DNA of 49,532 nucleotides from Candidatus Micrarchaeia archaeon (GTDB taxonomy: Archaea > Micrarchaeota > Micrarchaeia > CABMEP01). Position 1 is the stretch's first letter. Every line of letters starts with the position of its first letter. The stretch lies in the NCBI GenBank assembly GCA_038886535.1, contig JAVZXS010000005.1, positions 1 through 49,532 on the forward strand. The letters run 5' to 3'. Under the pieces are notes generated by a model that was given only the letters and a program-made list of their open reading frames with translations, was not told the origin of the DNA and ran no database searches. The position numbers and the translations under genes are program-made. Below are positions 46,996 through 49,532 of the stretch, one piece after another.

Positions 46996-48261
46996 CTAAA
47001 TTTCTGTGCTTTGCCTTAACAAGAATTTAAAGGCTGGAATTACATCTACTGCCTTATCACCGATATTTTTCTTTTCTTCTGTATCTAAAGAAACAATATA
47101 ACCTCTCTTAACATTGAATTTTTCCATGAAAGTAGATATCCCTTCGAATTCAATTTTTCCATACTTCACTTCAATAGGAGTGGGTTGCTCATTTAATAGG
47201 ATAATGTCCACTTCATTTTTGTACGCATCTCGCCAAAAGAATTCAGCTCTAAGTTGATTTACAATCATCCATTCAAATACTTTTGATTGCGAAAGTTCAT
47301 CGTCACGGAAAAGTAAACTGGGAGAGATGATAGTAGGATAATATTTCTTTAGTTTTCTTTCCACTTTTCTTCTGCTTTGAGAGAAGTTATAGAGTTTCCT
47401 AATTAGAAATGAATCTTCGAGATATCTAAGATAGGAAGCCGTTGTATATCTTGAGATTTTCAAATTATTTGCAAACTCAGAAACTTCGGCAAGTTGTCCC
47501 GGTTCCTCCATGATTGTATTTAAAAGAGACGCGATAATAGATATGTCTTTTACTTTCATTAGGGAGGGTATATCTTTGTAAATTACTTTTTCTACGATGC
47601 TTTCAACAACGTATTTTTTAATGATCTCTTTATCCTTTATGCCTACTAGCTCAGGAAAACCATATGTTAAAGTAAATTCTTTAAACTGTTCTTTTAATTC
47701 TCTTTCATATAGTTCAACAGGTTCAAATTTCAATTGTTTAAAATTTAGAAATTCTTTGAATGAGAGGGGCTCTACCTTAAATTCAAATAATCTTCCTGCA
47801 AGGGTTTCTTTAGATTTCTTTTTTATAAACAGCGATTCAGAACCAGATATTATTATCTTTGCATTTTTTCCATATACATCATAAAATGCTTTTAACTGAT
47901 TTTCCCAATCATCTAACTTTTGTATTTCATCAAAAAGAAAAAGAAATTTACCATTTCTTAAGTTTTTTCCAAATAATTCTTCATATTCGCTAACAATCTT
48001 TTTAATTTCGATCGCTTTGAATTCATCAAAAGAGAAATAAAGAATGTTTTTAGGATCTAGCCCTTGGTTTATTGCATCTTCAGCAAGCTTAAAAAGTATG
48101 GTTGTTTTTCCAACTCTTCTAAGTCCGGTTAAAGCTATTATTTGCGGGAGAGGTATGAATTTCTGAATTTTTCTATAGACATCTCTCTCTTTAAAAGATA
48201 ATTTAAATTCGCCTTTCCACCAAGGGTTTAAATTTATCATTTCTTCTTTTATGTTTGGCAT
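46996..48261 (-). CDS. AAA+ ATPase with C-terminal DUF4143/PD-(D/E)xK-like domain (COG1373 type)
   Basis: NPWW, GLRRVGKTT, LFDEIQ, ISGS, ETLAGR, PLSFKEF, GFPE, FWRD....EVDI.....PIEVK. Confidence 0.9.
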   Translation of the reverse strand: MPNIKEEMINLNPWWKGEFKLSFKERDVYRKIQKFIPLPQIIALTGLRRVGKTTILFKLAEDAINQGLDPKNILYFSFDEFKAIEIKKIVSEYEELFGKNLRNGKFLFLFDEIQKLDDWENQLKAFYDVYGKNAKIIISGSESLFIKKKSKETLAGRLFEFKVEPLSFKEFLNFKQLKFEPVELYERELKEQFKEFTLTYGFPELVGIKDKEIIKKYVVESIVEKVIYKDIPSLMKVKDISIIASLLNTIMEEPGQLAEVSEFANNLKISRYTTASYLRYLEDSFLIRKLYNFSQSRRKVERKLKKYYPTIISPSLLFRDDELSQSKVFEWMIVNQLRAEFFWRDAYKNEVDIILLNEQPTPIEVKYGKIEFEGISTFMEKFNVKRGYIVSLDTEEKKNIGDKAVDVIPAFKFLLRQSTEI

Positions 48262-48406
48262 ATGCAATCAACCTATTTTCTATTATATGATAAATATAAT
48301 TAGCATAGATTATAAATGTTTCGATTTAGAAAATAAAAACTAGATTTCTTATCACGGGACTTCTCCAAAGCCAAGAAAAAGTTACCTTTAAATATCTAAA
48401 AAGCGA

Positions 48407-49213
48407 ATGATATTTATGACAGAAAGAGAGGAGAAGATAATAAAGAAAGGAGAAAAGAAGGAAGAAAAGAAGCCTTCCTTATGGCAGAGAATGAAAAAAC
48501 CATTAGCTGCAGGATTGCTTGGTGCTTCATTACTTTTCAGTCCTGCAAAGAGGGTGGATGCTCTTCCTATTCTTGCCACAGCACCCCCGCCTTATGCTGC
48601 TGCTGAAGTGGAAAACGATAAGCTATTGAAAGCAGGATGGAAGATCCTGCAAGAATATTCGGATGGAAAGTGTGGTAGTGAAGAAAAGTTACAAATTGCC
48701 AAAAAAATTTTCGAATCTGTCTACAAAAAGACAGGAAATCCAGTAGCTTTAGATTTAAAGGATGTTACAGATTATTATCTCGCTGTAGAGGACAGAACTT
48801 ATCATCAAACAAAAACAAGATTGTTAAATAGATTGAAATCAGTTGAAGAAAGATTAAAATCATATCCAGATGATATTCGTGCTTTCGATAAAAAACAAGA
48901 AACATTAAAGTCATTATTTGAGGCAGCATATAGTTTATACTTTGATAAAGAAATATATAGAGAATATCGAAAGAAAGATGAAATAGATCTTTATTACAAA
49001 GATGCAATTAAATTTGGAAAAGAATTGATTGAATTTGAAAAGGAATATTTAGAGAGTTTATTATCTAATTCAAAATTCAATGTGTATACTTCAAAAGGAT
49101 CGTTCGAAATTCCTAATACAGAAAGAAATGATGCTATAGAACACCTAAAAAAGGATCTCAAAGAAAACGAAAATATGTATGGGGAATTATTAAAAGAAAA
49201 ACGAAAGGATTAA
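48407..49213 (+). CDS. Hypothetical exported helical protein with a charged pre-signal extension
   Basis: EREEKIIKKGEKKEEKK precedes PLAAGLLGASLLFS..VDA; the start may be ATG 48416. Confidence 0.7.
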   Translation: MIFMTEREEKIIKKGEKKEEKKPSLWQRMKKPLAAGLLGASLLFSPAKRVDALPILATAPPPYAAAEVENDKLLKAGWKILQEYSDGKCGSEEKLQIAKKIFESVYKKTGNPVALDLKDVTDYYLAVEDRTYHQTKTRLLNRLKSVEERLKSYPDDIRAFDKKQETLKSLFEAAYSLYFDKEIYREYRKKDEIDLYYKDAIKFGKELIEFEKEYLESLLSNSKFNVYTSKGSFEIPNTERNDAIEHLKKDLKENENMYGELLKEKRKD

Positions 49214-49237
49214 AAATGTCCTTTAGAAAAGTGATTT

Positions 49238-49532
49238 ATGTCTGAAATAAGTAAAAGAGGCCTCAACCGCTACCTCCCAATACTTAATCATACTAAATCA
49301 GCCTCTCCTACCCCTATCCCCACTTTCTCCCTTCCCCACCAACACATGACTTCAGTCCTGAACGAATCCACCACTCTTTCTCATGAAGCAATGAAGGCAT
49401 ATGTTGAACATCTTGCATCCTTAATTGCACAGCTAGAAATGAAGGAAAAGGAAGAAAGGGAAAAGGAAAAAGAAACATCCGACACAGACTTGAAGGAACG
49501 AATAGAAGAAAAGGAAGAAATAAAAGAAAAAG
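49238..49532 (+). CDS. Hypothetical protein, 3'-truncated by the window edge; contains repeat copy 2
   Basis: Open frame MSEISKRGLNRYLPILNHTKSASPTPIPTFSLPHQHMTSVLNESTTLSHEAMKAY...EKEEREKEKE; gtga SD. Confidence 0.55.
   Translation, partial: MSEISKRGLNRYLPILNHTKSASPTPIPTFSLPHQHMTSVLNESTTLSHEAMKAYVEHLASLIAQLEMKEKEEREKEKETSDTDLKERIEEKEEIKEK
49301..49379 (+). repeat. ~80-bp imperfect direct repeat, copy 2
   Basis: gcctctcctacc...ccccactttctcccttccccaccaa.acatgacttca.tcct.aacgaatccaccactcttt shared with 46891-46972. Confidence 0.92.

Noticed and set aside
633..49007. The many short antisense or overlapping ORFs in the track (e.g. 637-939, 4361-4594, 23771-24139, 28459-28905, 34688-34996)
   Set aside because: They lie opposite well-supported genes and have the F/S/I/L-rich composition expected from the reverse of purine-rich coding strands.
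46891..49379. Repeat pair as a diversity-generating retroelement TR/VR
   Set aside because: The differences (T/C, C/T, A/C, C/G, C/G and a 3-nt indel) are not adenine-specific on either strand, and no reverse transcriptase is in the window.
1..49532. CRISPR array, rRNA or IS element
   Set aside because: No regularly spaced repeats, no long GC-rich structural RNA and no transposase motifs were seen by eye.

Overview
AT-rich archaeal chromosomal segment. Archaeal origin is shown by TFB, an archaeal histone, aEF-1beta, Trm1, a split ADP-forming acetate-CoA ligase, a beta-CASP RNase, GGTGA-type SD sites and BRE/TATA promoters. The compact layout, many ORFans and Cys-rich surface protein suggest a DPANN lineage, possibly Micrarchaeota-like (inference only). 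The left and centre (1-37.7 kb) are mostly housekeeping: rnhB, ABC transporters, elp3, ef1b, mscS, two tRNAs, argS, idsA, acdAB, mre11, hisS, trpS, trm1, tfb and a ZIP transporter. Between tRNA-Leu(CAG) and tRNA-Pro(CGG) lies a stand-alone 1086-aa gene that aligns by eye with family-B DNA polymerases. It keeps the 3'-5' exonuclease acidic residues, has lost the motif A catalytic Asp and lacks the thumb. A Trm9/ALKBH8-like methyltransferase lies about 1.2 kb from a short-type Elp3, suggesting a clustered mcm5U34 pathway. The right end (37.7-49.5 kb) is an accessory region. It encodes an SLT-type lytic transglycosylase, a membrane-anchored DNase I-like nuclease, a sensor-less histidine kinase, two stand-alone receiver-like proteins, a HAD phosphatase and ORFans. 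An ~80-bp imperfect direct repeat there brackets an AAA+/DUF4143 ATPase and an exported ORFan. All assignments come from motif recognition by eye; no searches were run.
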